From Prochlorococcus sp. AG-679-M23 (GTDB lineage: Bacteria > Cyanobacteriota > Cyanobacteriia > PCC-6307 > Cyanobiaceae): DNA of 64,000 bases. The first letter of the stretch is position 1; every line of letters begins with the position of its first letter. Positions 19,038-29,120 of the stretch are shown here, piece by piece. A program made the position numbers and the translations under genes. The notes beneath the pieces were generated by a model. That model was not told where the DNA came from. It made no database searches and saw only the letters and a program-made list of their open reading frames with translations. The stretch lies in NCBI GenBank assembly GCA_003208875.1, contig QCUR01000001.1, positions 64,001 to 128,000 on the forward strand, read 5' to 3'.

Positions 19038-20675
19038 ATGCCTGAAGTTAATGTTATTAATATAATAAATCCTTTTCTAGATCAGAAACCAGGCACTTCT
19101 GGTTTAAGAAAAAGTACTTTGAAATTTCAAGAAGAGCATTACTTAGAAATATTTATAGAAGCAATTCTTAAATCACTTAAAAATCTCCGAGGGTCAACTT
19201 TAGTTGTCGGTGGGGATGGTAGATATGGGAATATCGAAGCAATCAAGAAGATTATCCAAATATGCGTAGCTCATAAAGTTGGAAAAATTATTATTCCAAA
19301 AAGTGGTTTATTATCTACGCCTGCAGCATCTCATTTGATTAGAAAAGAAGAGGCTCTTGGAGGAATTATTCTTTCGGCAAGTCATAATCCTGGTGGTATT
19401 GACGGGGATTTCGGAATTAAATTAAACACTGCTAATGGTGGGCCTGCTTCTGAGTCAATTACAAATCAAATATTCGAATATTCTCAATCACTTAAGAGTT
19501 ACAAAATTAGCAATATTAAAATCCCAGACTTAGATAAATTTGGTGTATTCTCGTTTGGTGAAACTTCATTAGAAATAATTGATGGATTAAAGGATTATTC
19601 AAATTTAATGGAGAATATTTTTGATTTAGATCAAATAAGTGATTTTTTGAAAAAGGATTTCTCTTTAATTTTTGATGCAATGAATGCAGTTACTGGTCCA
19701 TATGCAAAAAATATTTTTGTTGAAAAAATGGGTCTCATAGATGATTGTGTCATGAATGGAATACCCCTAGAGGATTTTGGAGGTTTACATCCTGATCCAA
19801 ATCTTACTTATGCGTCTAAATTGGCTGATTTATTATTAGTTAAAAAAGCTTATAGTTTTGGGGCTGCATGTGATGGTGATGGTGATAGAAATATGATCTT
19901 AGGTCAGGGATGTTTTGTAAATCCGAGTGATAGTCTGGCAGTTATTACTGCTAATACAAATTGTGTGCCAGGATATAAAGATGGTATTGCTGGTGTTGCA
20001 CGATCTATGCCTACGAGTTCAGCAGTAGACTTTGTTGCTAGTGCTTTAAATATTCCTTGTTTTGAGACACCAACTGGATGGAAATTTTTTGGAAATCTTT
20101 TAGACTCTAATTTAATCACTATTTGTGGAGAGGAAAGCTTTGGAACTGGTAGTAATCATGTCAGAGAAAAAGATGGCTTATGGGCGGTTTTATATTGGTT
20201 ACAAATTTTAGCTGTAAAAAATTGTTCAGTTAGTGAATTAATTCAAAACCACTGGAAACAATATGGAAGAAATTATTATTCAAGGCATGATTATGAAGCT
20301 ATTCCTTCTACTATTGCAAATCAAATATTCAATAATTTATCTTCTATGCTTCCAAGTTTAAAAAACAGTAGGTTTGCTGGAAATCTAGTAAAACAAGCAG
20401 ATAACTTTGAATATTTAGATCCAGTAGATAATTCTATTAGTAAAAATCAAGGATTAAGAATCATACTCGAGGATAATTCCAGAGTAATCTTACGTTTGTC
20501 AGGTACTGGTACAAAAGGTTCAACTTTAAGATTATATTTCGAAAAATTTGCAAGTTCTCAAAATAATTTAGCTTTAAATCCTCAAATTGCTCTAAAAGCT
20601 TTAATTAATGATTTAGATCATTTATTAAATATTTCAAAACTTACTAAAATGGAAAAACCTACTGTTATTACATAA
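19038..20675 (+). CDS. pgm: Phosphoglucomutase
   Basis: QKPGTSGLRK, SASHNPGG, DGDGDRN, CGEESFG. Confidence 0.97.
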   Translation: MPEVNVINIINPFLDQKPGTSGLRKSTLKFQEEHYLEIFIEAILKSLKNLRGSTLVVGGDGRYGNIEAIKKIIQICVAHKVGKIIIPKSGLLSTPAASHLIRKEEALGGIILSASHNPGGIDGDFGIKLNTANGGPASESITNQIFEYSQSLKSYKISNIKIPDLDKFGVFSFGETSLEIIDGLKDYSNLMENIFDLDQISDFLKKDFSLIFDAMNAVTGPYAKNIFVEKMGLIDDCVMNGIPLEDFGGLHPDPNLTYASKLADLLLVKKAYSFGAACDGDGDRNMILGQGCFVNPSDSLAVITANTNCVPGYKDGIAGVARSMPTSSAVDFVASALNIPCFETPTGWKFFGNLLDSNLITICGEESFGTGSNHVREKDGLWAVLYWLQILAVKNCSVSELIQNHWKQYGRNYYSRHDYEAIPSTIANQIFNNLSSMLPSLKNSRFAGNLVKQADNFEYLDPVDNSISKNQGLRIILEDNSRVILRLSGTGTKGSTLRLYFEKFASSQNNLALNPQIALKALINDLDHLLNISKLTKMEKPTVIT

Positions 20676-20709
20676 TTTTTAAAGTGATTTATTTGTTAGA
20701 TTAAAAAAT

Positions 20710-21999
20710 ATGGAGTCAGATAATTTATTTAGTAATAGTTATCGATTACAAAGTAACGCGCCATTAGCTGATAAATTAAGACCAAAAAACTTAGATGACT
20801 TTTTCGGTCAAGAATCTATCTTAGGAAATAATTCTTTATTGAGAAATTCAATCTTGAATGACAAGGTTGGTAATATTATTTTTTCTGGACCACCTGGTGT
20901 AGGTAAAACAACTTTAATTGAGATTATATCTTCTAATACTCGTTCCTCTTTAATTAAGTTGAATGCTGTTTTGTCTAGTATTAAGGAGTTAAGAACTGAG
21001 ATTGCTAATGCGAAGGAAAGGTTAATTAGTACAAATAGGAAAACAATTTTATTTATTGATGAGGTACATAGATTCACCTCAGTCCAACAAGATGCTTTGT
21101 TGCCCTCAATTGAAAATGGCACCATTACTTTTATTGGTGCTACTACAGAAAACCCTTTCTTTGCAGTAAATAAAGCTCTAATTAGTAGATCTCGTATTTT
21201 CTCATTACATCCTCTAAATAAAAATGATTTGAAGAAAATAATTGAAAAAGTAATAAATTATTACTCTTGCCTTCAAGATTCCAAAGCTATTGAAATCAAA
21301 GAAGAGGCAATGAATCATTTAATAAAATTTTCTGGAGGGGATGCCAGGAATCTCATAAACGCTTTAGAGTTTAGTATAAGTATTACCAAGGAAAATAAAG
21401 AAAATATAGTTGTTATTGATCTTCCAATAGCTGAAGATTCAATCCAAAAGAAAAATATTGTATACGACAAAAATGGACAAAACCATTTTGATGTTATTAG
21501 TGCATTTATAAAATCTATTAGAGGTTCAGACCCAGATGCGACTTTATATTGGCTTGCCAATATGGTAGAAGCTGGTGAAGATCCAAATTTTATTTTTAGA
21601 AGACTTTTGATTTCTGCTTGTGAGGATATAGGTCTTGCAGATCCTAATGCAATAGTTGTTGTGCAATCATGTTGTGATGCTTTTGATCGAGTTGGTTTCC
21701 CTGAAGGATTATTTTTTCTTTCACAAGCTTCTTTATATTTAGCAATTTCTCCAAAAAGTAATAGTACCAAATCAGTTTTTAAAGCGGTAGAAGCAATTAA
21801 GGCTACTCGTTTATCTTTAGTTCCCAATCATCTGAAAAATAATGCTAGTAATTACTTAAATCCACATAATTATCAAGGGAAGTGGTTGCAACAAGAATAT
21901 CTGCCAAAAGATTTAAAAGGAATGAAGTTTTGGAAACCAAAAGATTCTGGATGGGAAAAAAATAAATATGAGGATTTACAAAAAAAACAAAAAAGTTAG
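20710..21999 (+). CDS. rarA: Replication-associated recombination protein A (RarA/MgsA AAA+ ATPase)
   Basis: PLADKLRP, GPPGVGKTT, DEVHRF, GATTENP, SAFIKSIRGSD. Confidence 0.94.
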   Translation: MESDNLFSNSYRLQSNAPLADKLRPKNLDDFFGQESILGNNSLLRNSILNDKVGNIIFSGPPGVGKTTLIEIISSNTRSSLIKLNAVLSSIKELRTEIANAKERLISTNRKTILFIDEVHRFTSVQQDALLPSIENGTITFIGATTENPFFAVNKALISRSRIFSLHPLNKNDLKKIIEKVINYYSCLQDSKAIEIKEEAMNHLIKFSGGDARNLINALEFSISITKENKENIVVIDLPIAEDSIQKKNIVYDKNGQNHFDVISAFIKSIRGSDPDATLYWLANMVEAGEDPNFIFRRLLISACEDIGLADPNAIVVVQSCCDAFDRVGFPEGLFFLSQASLYLAISPKSNSTKSVFKAVEAIKATRLSLVPNHLKNNASNYLNPHNYQGKWLQQEYLPKDLKGMKFWKPKDSGWEKNKYEDLQKKQKS

Positions 22000-22652
22000 A
22001 CCATTTTTGAGCTGCAAATAATATTAGGTATAAAGCGACAGGTATCTTTATAAGCTAAAGAGATAGTCCATTTATATAAATTAATTTGGGTAAATTTTAA
22101 CTTCAGTTTCTTCTTTTTATGAAATAGGATTTTGTCATTCTCAGAATATTGCCATTCTTTTATGTCTTCAGCTAACTTGCCATGGTCCCATTTTATGGCG
22201 GCCTCAACTGCACACCATTGATTTAAGATGGTTTTTTTACATGATTCGTTCTTAGTATTTGAACTATTAGATTTGAAGAAATATTTTTTTGCTAATTTCG
22301 TATAATTGAAATCTCTATCAAGTCTCTCAATATCAATCCCAATTTTTTTTTCATGCCAAACTAATATAATTGCATCATCGCAATGACTAAAACTACAATA
22401 CCCCATCCCTTTTGGTAATTCAGGAGGTTCTCCTGGATTTGCAATTAAGGGTACCTCTAATGGATTTAAATTGAACAGATTTCCCAAACATTGTCTTGTA
22501 TAAGCTCTGCTTTCTAAAAAAATATTTGCTCTAGGTCTAGAAAGCTTTTTTGCGATTTCAAGTTCTTTCAGTGTTGCGACATCTTGTACACCTTTTATCT
22601 CATGAAACCAGATTTTTGGTATTTTATATTCATAGTTATTTAATAATGTCAA
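21996..22652 (-). CDS. 4'-phosphopantetheinyl transferase (Sfp type)
   Basis: SFSH, IGIDIE, WCAVEAAIK. Confidence 0.88.
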   Translation of the reverse strand: MTLLNNYEYKIPKIWFHEIKGVQDVATLKELEIAKKLSRPRANIFLESRAYTRQCLGNLFNLNPLEVPLIANPGEPPELPKGMGYCSFSHCDDAIILVWHEKKIGIDIERLDRDFNYTKLAKKYFFKSNSSNTKNESCKKTILNQWCAVEAAIKWDHGKLAEDIKEWQYSENDKILFHKKKKLKLKFTQINLYKWTISLAYKDTCRFIPNIICSSKMV

Positions 22653-23119
22653 TGGCTCTTAAGGTTGGTGATAAAGCACCAGAATTTAATTTAAAAGACT
22701 CTTTTGAAAAAGATGTATCTTTAAAAGATTTTAAAGGTAAAAGAATAATACTATATTTTTATCCAAAAGATAATACTCCAGGATGTACTAAGGAGGCTTG
22801 TAATTTTAAAGAAAATTGGGATTTACTTAAGGAAAATAACTTCGTAGTTCTGGGAATTAGTAAAGATAGCGCTGCTTCACATCAGAAATTCATTGAAAAA
22901 TTTGACTTACCTTTTGTTCTTTTGACTGATCCTGAACCTTATAAAACATCTTCTGATTATGATAGTTATGGCCTTAAAAAATTTATGGGAAAGGAATATA
23001 TGGGAATGATGAGAAATACTTTTTTAATTGATGTTGATGGTAAAGTCGAAAAAATTTACTTTAAGGTTAAAGCAGCTATTATGGCAGACCATATTATTTC
23101 AGATTTAGGATTAAGGTAA
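22652..23119 (+). CDS. bcp: Peroxiredoxin Q / bacterioferritin comigratory protein
   Basis: YFYPKDNTPGCTKEAC; start placed at ATG 22652 (MALKVGDKAP). Confidence 0.95.
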   Translation: MALKVGDKAPEFNLKDSFEKDVSLKDFKGKRIILYFYPKDNTPGCTKEACNFKENWDLLKENNFVVLGISKDSAASHQKFIEKFDLPFVLLTDPEPYKTSSDYDSYGLKKFMGKEYMGMMRNTFLIDVDGKVEKIYFKVKAAIMADHIISDLGLR

Positions 23120-23124
23120 ATATT

Positions 23125-23805
23125 CTAATGATTGAAGTGTGTGATCATACCTTGCATAACTAAATTAGGGGCGATAATAATTTCTTCTTTTTTTTGCTTT
23201 AATAGACTACCAATTAATTCAGAGTCGCCTCCGCACATAATCAAAATATCCTTAGTAGGGTTAAATGATAAATTAATCACACCCATTAGAGAGTTAGATA
23301 CTCCTTTTAACATTGAATCTTCTGTATTAATTAAAAAATCTTGAAGAGGAATATCATATTTTTTAGGAGCTTCGAGATTCTTGGTGTATTTCTCCATAGA
23401 TTTTAGCTGTGTCAGAAAACCAGGTGTTATTTGCCCACCGATAATAGAACCTTGTGCAGTTAACTTCGTAAGAGACATAGTTGTTCCAAAATCTGCTATT
23501 AATAATTCTTTTCTGGATGGGTTATCTATTATTCTTAAAGCTTCCAAACAACCAAGAGCTCTATCAACCCCAAAATGATTTGGAAGGTTTTTTAATTTAA
23601 TATCTTGAGTTGAGATTCTATTTTCTTGCTTAAGACACAAATCTGGTAATTCCCCTACTGATGCCCAAATTAAATTATTTAAATTGATATTTTGAGGCAT
23701 ATTATTATTTTTTTGTGTGTGAAAAAACTTATACTTTGTTTGTAAATTTTCTGCCCAGTGAAGCCTGCTATTGCCAACTAAAAGGAAATTAATATCATCG
23801 ATCAT
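23125..23805 (-). CDS. coaX: Type III pantothenate kinase
   Basis: VGNSRLHW, GVDR, ADFGTT, GGQITPG, CGGD. Confidence 0.9.
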   Translation of the reverse strand: MIDDINFLLVGNSRLHWAENLQTKYKFFHTQKNNNMPQNINLNNLIWASVGELPDLCLKQENRISTQDIKLKNLPNHFGVDRALGCLEALRIIDNPSRKELLIADFGTTMSLTKLTAQGSIIGGQITPGFLTQLKSMEKYTKNLEAPKKYDIPLQDFLINTEDSMLKGVSNSLMGVINLSFNPTKDILIMCGGDSELIGSLLKQKKEEIIIAPNLVMQGMITHFNH

Positions 23806-23822
23806 AGTCCTGAAAGAAAAAT

Positions 23823-24551
23823 TTAATTTTCAGTATGGATTCCACATTCTTGCTTCATCCCGCCAAATCTTGTTGTCCTGCCCTCGTTATCAATACTTTC
23901 AGGAGAACTGGAATGCCAATCTCCAACAGTTGAATAACCTTTTGAGAAAAGTGGATGTGACGGTAATTGATTTTCTTTCATGTAATAAAAAATATCTTTG
24001 TTTTTCCAGTTGAGTAAGGGCCTTAAAGCAAGTCGTTTGCGTATTACGTCAACAAAATTCATTTTATTCCTATTATTCGTTTGTTCCGATCTCACACCGC
24101 TAGCCCAGCAGATTATGTCGTGTTTATCTAAAGCATTTTCTAAAGGTTTAATTTTTCTTATGTCATGGTATTTATCTAAATCACTAGATTTATTAGTTTC
24201 CCAAAGTTTTCCATAAAGGGATTCCATTCTTGCTGGAGATAGCTCACTTTGTAAAACCTCAATTTCTAAAGATAAATCATTAATTAGTCTCTCTGCATAC
24301 TTATAAGTCTCTGAGGGTAAGTAACCTGTGTCTATCCAAAAAATTTTAATTTTTTTTTCTAGTGAGTATTTATGCACCATATGTAAAATAACTGATGACT
24401 GTATCCCAAAGCTTGTTGTAATAGCAAAGTGATTATCAAAGTTTTTATAACCCCATAATATTATTTCTTTGGGGGTCATATCTTTTAATTTTTTATTATG
24501 TTCTTCTAAATTAAGTTGAATACTTTCTAGCGTTTTCTCAATCATTATCAA
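23823..24551 (-). CDS. cysH: Phosphoadenosine phosphosulfate reductase
   Basis: TSFGIQS, DTGYL, GYSTVGD, C-terminal ECGIH. Confidence 0.95.
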   Translation of the reverse strand: MIMIEKTLESIQLNLEEHNKKLKDMTPKEIILWGYKNFDNHFAITTSFGIQSSVILHMVHKYSLEKKIKIFWIDTGYLPSETYKYAERLINDLSLEIEVLQSELSPARMESLYGKLWETNKSSDLDKYHDIRKIKPLENALDKHDIICWASGVRSEQTNNRNKMNFVDVIRKRLALRPLLNWKNKDIFYYMKENQLPSHPLFSKGYSTVGDWHSSSPESIDNEGRTTRFGGMKQECGIHTEN

Positions 24552-24640
24552 AGGTAGTTAGGGATTAGAGGTTATTTCGCTCAGTTTGAATATTATTCGT
24601 TTAATTTAATAATACATTTAGGTTTAACAATATATCCTTC

Positions 24641-25825
24641 ATGAAATCAATAAAAAAACCAATAGTAATAGTTGGCGCAGGCTTTGGAGGTATGACAGTT
24701 GCTTCAAACTTAAAAAGACTTAATCCTTCTTTGCCAATCCTAGTCGTTGATTCTGAAGCAAACTTTATATTTAAACCTTTAATGTATGAAGTTTTAAGCG
24801 AAGAATTATCAATTTGGGAGACTGCTCCTGAATTTTCAAATATATTTTCAAATTTAGGTATTACTTTTCTAAGAAATTGTTTAACTAAAATTAGATTTGA
24901 TGAAAAGATTCTCGAATTTAGTGATGGTTTAAATATAGGTTATGAATGTTTGATTCTTTGTACAGGATCCTTATCTAGTAATTTTTCAGTGAAAGGCGTA
25001 GATGAAAATTGTTATTTTTTTAATAATTTAAATGATCTAAAAAAATTAAAGTCGTTTTTACAAAAATTTCAGAATGACAAAATTAAGAGAAACTTATTTG
25101 TAATTGGAGCTGGTCCTTCTGGGGTAGAGATCGCATGCAAAATTAATGATGTATATAAAAATAAATTTGATATAAGTATTGTTGAAAAGTCTAATGAAAT
25201 TTTAGGTCGAAATAAGATTTTTAATCGAGAAGAAGCGGAGAAAGCTTTAGAAAGAAGAGAAATAAATGTTCTTTTAAATTCAACTGTTCAAGAAATTTCT
25301 GATCAAAAAATTAGTATTTTGGATGATTCTGAGATTAAAGACTTAGATCAAGATGTTGTGATCTGGACAGCTGGGGTCAAACCTAACCTTCCATACATTG
25401 ATGAACAAGTCACACAAAAAGACGGAAGAATTCTCGTGAATGAAAATTTTCAGATAGATAATTATGTAAACTCTTTTGCTATTGGAGATATTGCAATCGT
25501 TAAAAGTATGGAGGATTTGCCTTTGACCGCTCAAGTTGCCATGCAACAAGGAAATCATCTTGCTAAAAATATCGAATTACTCTTTCAAGAAAAAGAGCTT
25601 TTACCTTTTGATTTTGAGGACAATGGTGAAATGATTAGTTTAGGAATTGGTGAAGCATCCATTTCTGCTTTAGGTGTAACTTTATCGGGTAAATTAGCAT
25701 TTGAAGCAAGAAGATTGATTTATGCTTCAAAAATGCCTGATATTAGTAAAAGCTTAAAATCTACCGCTTCTTGGTTATTTCAAAAAAAATCTACTATAAA
25801 TAACCTTATCAATAAAAAACCATAA
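24641..25825 (+). CDS. ndbB: Type II NADH dehydrogenase-like FAD-dependent oxidoreductase
   Basis: GAGFGG, GAGPSGVE, WTAG, IGD, TAQVAMQQG. Confidence 0.8.
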   Translation: MKSIKKPIVIVGAGFGGMTVASNLKRLNPSLPILVVDSEANFIFKPLMYEVLSEELSIWETAPEFSNIFSNLGITFLRNCLTKIRFDEKILEFSDGLNIGYECLILCTGSLSSNFSVKGVDENCYFFNNLNDLKKLKSFLQKFQNDKIKRNLFVIGAGPSGVEIACKINDVYKNKFDISIVEKSNEILGRNKIFNREEAEKALERREINVLLNSTVQEISDQKISILDDSEIKDLDQDVVIWTAGVKPNLPYIDEQVTQKDGRILVNENFQIDNYVNSFAIGDIAIVKSMEDLPLTAQVAMQQGNHLAKNIELLFQEKELLPFDFEDNGEMISLGIGEASISALGVTLSGKLAFEARRLIYASKMPDISKSLKSTASWLFQKKSTINNLINKKP

Positions 25826-25884
25826 ACAAGTTTAAACTCTTGTGACCTATTGTTTATAGGTATATTGAGTTAAATAAGTTTGAT

Positions 25885-27693
25885 ATGAATCTGATTTCTT
25901 TTTTTAGTAATAATTTAGATGCACTAATAACAGTATTAGTTTTATTTCTGTCATTAATTTTATTTATAAGAAATACTATAGCTCCTGAATTAACTGGTTT
26001 ATTATGCGTTGGAATATTTATTGTCACTGGAGTTCTAACCCCTGAAAAAGCCTTATCTGGATTTGGAAGCCCATCTTTAATCACTTTGATGGGTTTATTC
26101 GCAGTCTCATCTGCATTATTTAAAAGTGGTGCGTTAGACAGAGTAAGGGAACTTATATCTTCTGAAAATATTAAAACACCTAGAAAATTAATTTTACTTA
26201 TAACTTTTTTAATAGCTCCAATATCTGGAATCGTTCCTAATACGCCAGTTGTAGCATCCCTTTTGCCTTTAATTGAAGGCTGGTGTGAACGACGAAATAT
26301 TTCACCTTCCAAAGTCCTTTTACCTTTATCTTTTGCAACTCTATTAGGAGGAACACTTACATTATTAGGTAGCTCAGTAAATCTGCTAGTAAGTGATATT
26401 AGTCAGCAATTAGGCTATGGGTCTCTTGAATTATTTAGCTTGACTTCAATAGGGATTCCAGTTTGGTTAATAGGCACAACATATATGATCTTAGTCTCTG
26501 ACGTTCTTTTGCCTGATAGAGGAAGAAATAAAGATTTTATTAAAAATGGTAATATGAATATCTATTTTACAGAAGTTACCATTCCTTCTTCCTCCGAATT
26601 AGTTGGCCAATCAGTAAGAAATAGTAGATTACAAAGAAGATTTGATGTTGATGTTCTTGAGTTGCAAAGAAACGGAAAAGTAATATTACCTCCTCTTGCA
26701 GATCGTAAATTTGAGCCTGAAGATAGATTGATAGTACGTGTTACGAGGGCGGATTTATTACGATTACAACAAGAACATACAATTTTGTTAGCTGAAAATA
26801 AGAGATCTATTGTCGGTACAAATCTTCTCTCTAATGAAGAAGGTACCAAAACTTTCGAGGCTTTGCTCCCTTCAGGATCAACTTTAGCAGGAGCAAGCTT
26901 GAGAGAACTTAGATTTAGGCAACGTCATAATGCCACAGTTTTAGCCCTCAGAAGAGGACAACAAACTGTTCAGGAAAGATTAGGTCAAGCCGTTTTAAGA
27001 GCAGGAGATGTTTTGTTACTTCAGGCACCTTTAGACTCAATAAGAGGTCTGCAAGCAAGTAACGACTTATTAATTTTAGATCAATTTGAAGATGATTTAC
27101 CATTTTTAATTAGAAAACCAATTGCAATTGCAATTGCAATTGGTATGGTTCTCTTGCCTTCTCTAACTAGTATTCCATTAGTAGGGTCAGTTCTTTTAGC
27201 AGTTATAGCGATGGTTGCTTTTGGATGTTTGCGTCCTGCAGAAATACAAAGGTCAATTAGGTTAGATATTATTTTATTATTAGGTTCACTATCAAGCTTC
27301 AGTGTAGCTATGCAAGTCACTGGATTGGCAGATCTAATAGCCATAAATTTGGATTTTGTCCTAAGTGGAATGCCACTCTATTTTGCTTTAATAGTAATTT
27401 TTATATCTACTGTAATACTTACTCAATTTATAAGTAACGCTGCTTCTGTCGCGTTGATATTGCCTGTAGCTATTCAGTTTTCAAGCGTTCTAGGGATCTC
27501 ACCAAATGCCCTGATAATGCTTGTATTGTTCGGTGCAAGTCAATCATTCTTAACTCCAATGGGTTATCAAACAAATTTAATGGTTTATGGACCTGGGAGA
27601 TATAGATTTTTTGATATTGCAAAATATGGGGCGGGTTTAACACTTATAATGTCTTTGATTGTACCAGCTTTGATAATTTTAAATTTTAAATAA
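25885..27693 (+). CDS. SLC13/CitT family permease with TrkA-C domains
   Basis: Multi-TM; LGGTLTLLGSSVNL; two internal TrkA-C repeats; TPMGYQTNLMVYG. Confidence 0.9.
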   Translation: MNLISFFSNNLDALITVLVLFLSLILFIRNTIAPELTGLLCVGIFIVTGVLTPEKALSGFGSPSLITLMGLFAVSSALFKSGALDRVRELISSENIKTPRKLILLITFLIAPISGIVPNTPVVASLLPLIEGWCERRNISPSKVLLPLSFATLLGGTLTLLGSSVNLLVSDISQQLGYGSLELFSLTSIGIPVWLIGTTYMILVSDVLLPDRGRNKDFIKNGNMNIYFTEVTIPSSSELVGQSVRNSRLQRRFDVDVLELQRNGKVILPPLADRKFEPEDRLIVRVTRADLLRLQQEHTILLAENKRSIVGTNLLSNEEGTKTFEALLPSGSTLAGASLRELRFRQRHNATVLALRRGQQTVQERLGQAVLRAGDVLLLQAPLDSIRGLQASNDLLILDQFEDDLPFLIRKPIAIAIAIGMVLLPSLTSIPLVGSVLLAVIAMVAFGCLRPAEIQRSIRLDIILLLGSLSSFSVAMQVTGLADLIAINLDFVLSGMPLYFALIVIFISTVILTQFISNAASVALILPVAIQFSSVLGISPNALIMLVLFGASQSFLTPMGYQTNLMVYGPGRYRFFDIAKYGAGLTLIMSLIVPALIILNFK

Positions 27694-27698
27694 ATAAA

Positions 27699-29102
27699 GT
27701 GAAAATAAAGAACGTTGTTTATAAATTAAAAGAAATATACAGAAAGTTATCTGTACCTCAATTCACAATTGTCACGGGTTTAATTATTATTATTTTTGGA
27801 ACCTTAATTTTAAGTTCCCCATTATGTTCTTCAGCGGATGTGGGTCTTTGGGAAGCATTCTTTACGTCTACTTCTGCAATAACCGTTACTGGATTAACTA
27901 TCATTGATATAGGGGTTGATTTAAATATTTTTGGGCAAATTTTCTTGGCTTTAATGCTTTTATCAGGTGGTTTAGGCTTAATGGCTATTACAACTTTCTT
28001 GCAAGGATTTGTTGTGAAAGGGACTCAGCTTAGAACTAGATTGGATAAAGGCAAGACTCTTGATGAATTTGGGGTTGGTGGAATTGGTAGAACTTTTCAA
28101 AGCATCGCTATTACTGCAACTTCTATTATTTCTTTTGGAGCAATAGTATTATATTTTTTTGGGTTTTTAGAAATTCAAAATAATTGGCAAAGATTATGGT
28201 CTGCAATTTTTCATAGCATTTCTGCATATAACAATGCAGGTTTTTCTTTATGGTCTAATAGCCTCCAAGATTATCGATCTAATTTTGTTGTTAATGTTGT
28301 ATTTATTTTTTTAATTGTGATGGGAGGACTTGGTTGGAGAGTTATTGACGATATATGGAGTAATAGAAAAAATCTTTCATATAAAAAATTAAGTCTTCAT
28401 TCTAGATTAGTAATTAGGACAAGTTTTTCCTTAATAATGTTTGGATCATTAGGTTTCTTCGTAACAGAGACATTATTAAATAGTCAATTTTTTAGCGATC
28501 TAAATTTCTTTGAGAAAATTTTATCATCTATTTTCGAGACTGTGAGTGCAAGAACAGCGGGATTTACAAATTTTCCAATATCTTTAAATTCAATATCAGA
28601 TACTGGTCTCTTGCTACTAATGACGTTGATGTTTATTGGAGCTAGCACCGGTGGTACTGGTGGAGGAATCAAAACTACAACTTTTATTGCCTTAATGGCA
28701 GCAACTAGATCAACGTTAAGGGGACAAAAAGATGTAATTATTAGTAATAGATTAATTTCAGATAAGGTTATTTTGAAAGCAGTTGGAATAACTGTTGGCT
28801 CTTTACTTTTTGTTCTCTTGATGGCTATGTTATTAAGTACTACGAATACTTTTATTAAAAAAGAATCATTTACATTTCTGGAAATTCTTTTCACATGTAT
28901 TTCTGCATTTGCAACTGTAGGTTTTGATATCGGTTTGACAGCAAAATTAAATCATTTTGGTCAATTTATTTTAATTATTGGTATGTTCGTGGGAAGACTT
29001 GGGATTCTTTTGCTTTTAAGTGCTCTGTGGCAAGCTCTATATAAGAGTAGAATAGAAAGACAAAAAAGAATTGGCTATCCGAAAGCTGATCTTTATGTTT
29101 AG
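27699..29102 (+). CDS. ktrB: Trk/Ktr potassium uptake permease (KtrB/TrkH)
   Basis: Four pore loops TVTGL, NNAGF, RTAGF, ATVGF; GGTGGGIK. Confidence 0.92.
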   Translation: MKIKNVVYKLKEIYRKLSVPQFTIVTGLIIIIFGTLILSSPLCSSADVGLWEAFFTSTSAITVTGLTIIDIGVDLNIFGQIFLALMLLSGGLGLMAITTFLQGFVVKGTQLRTRLDKGKTLDEFGVGGIGRTFQSIAITATSIISFGAIVLYFFGFLEIQNNWQRLWSAIFHSISAYNNAGFSLWSNSLQDYRSNFVVNVVFIFLIVMGGLGWRVIDDIWSNRKNLSYKKLSLHSRLVIRTSFSLIMFGSLGFFVTETLLNSQFFSDLNFFEKILSSIFETVSARTAGFTNFPISLNSISDTGLLLLMTLMFIGASTGGTGGGIKTTTFIALMAATRSTLRGQKDVIISNRLISDKVILKAVGITVGSLLFVLLMAMLLSTTNTFIKKESFTFLEILFTCISAFATVGFDIGLTAKLNHFGQFILIIGMFVGRLGILLLLSALWQALYKSRIERQKRIGYPKADLYV

Positions 29103-29120
29103 CCTTTACTAATATTTATT

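Noticed and set aside
22550..22651. N-terminal extension of bcp in the ORF track
   Set aside because: Overlaps the PPTase on the opposite strand; the Bcp fold begins at MALKVGDKAP
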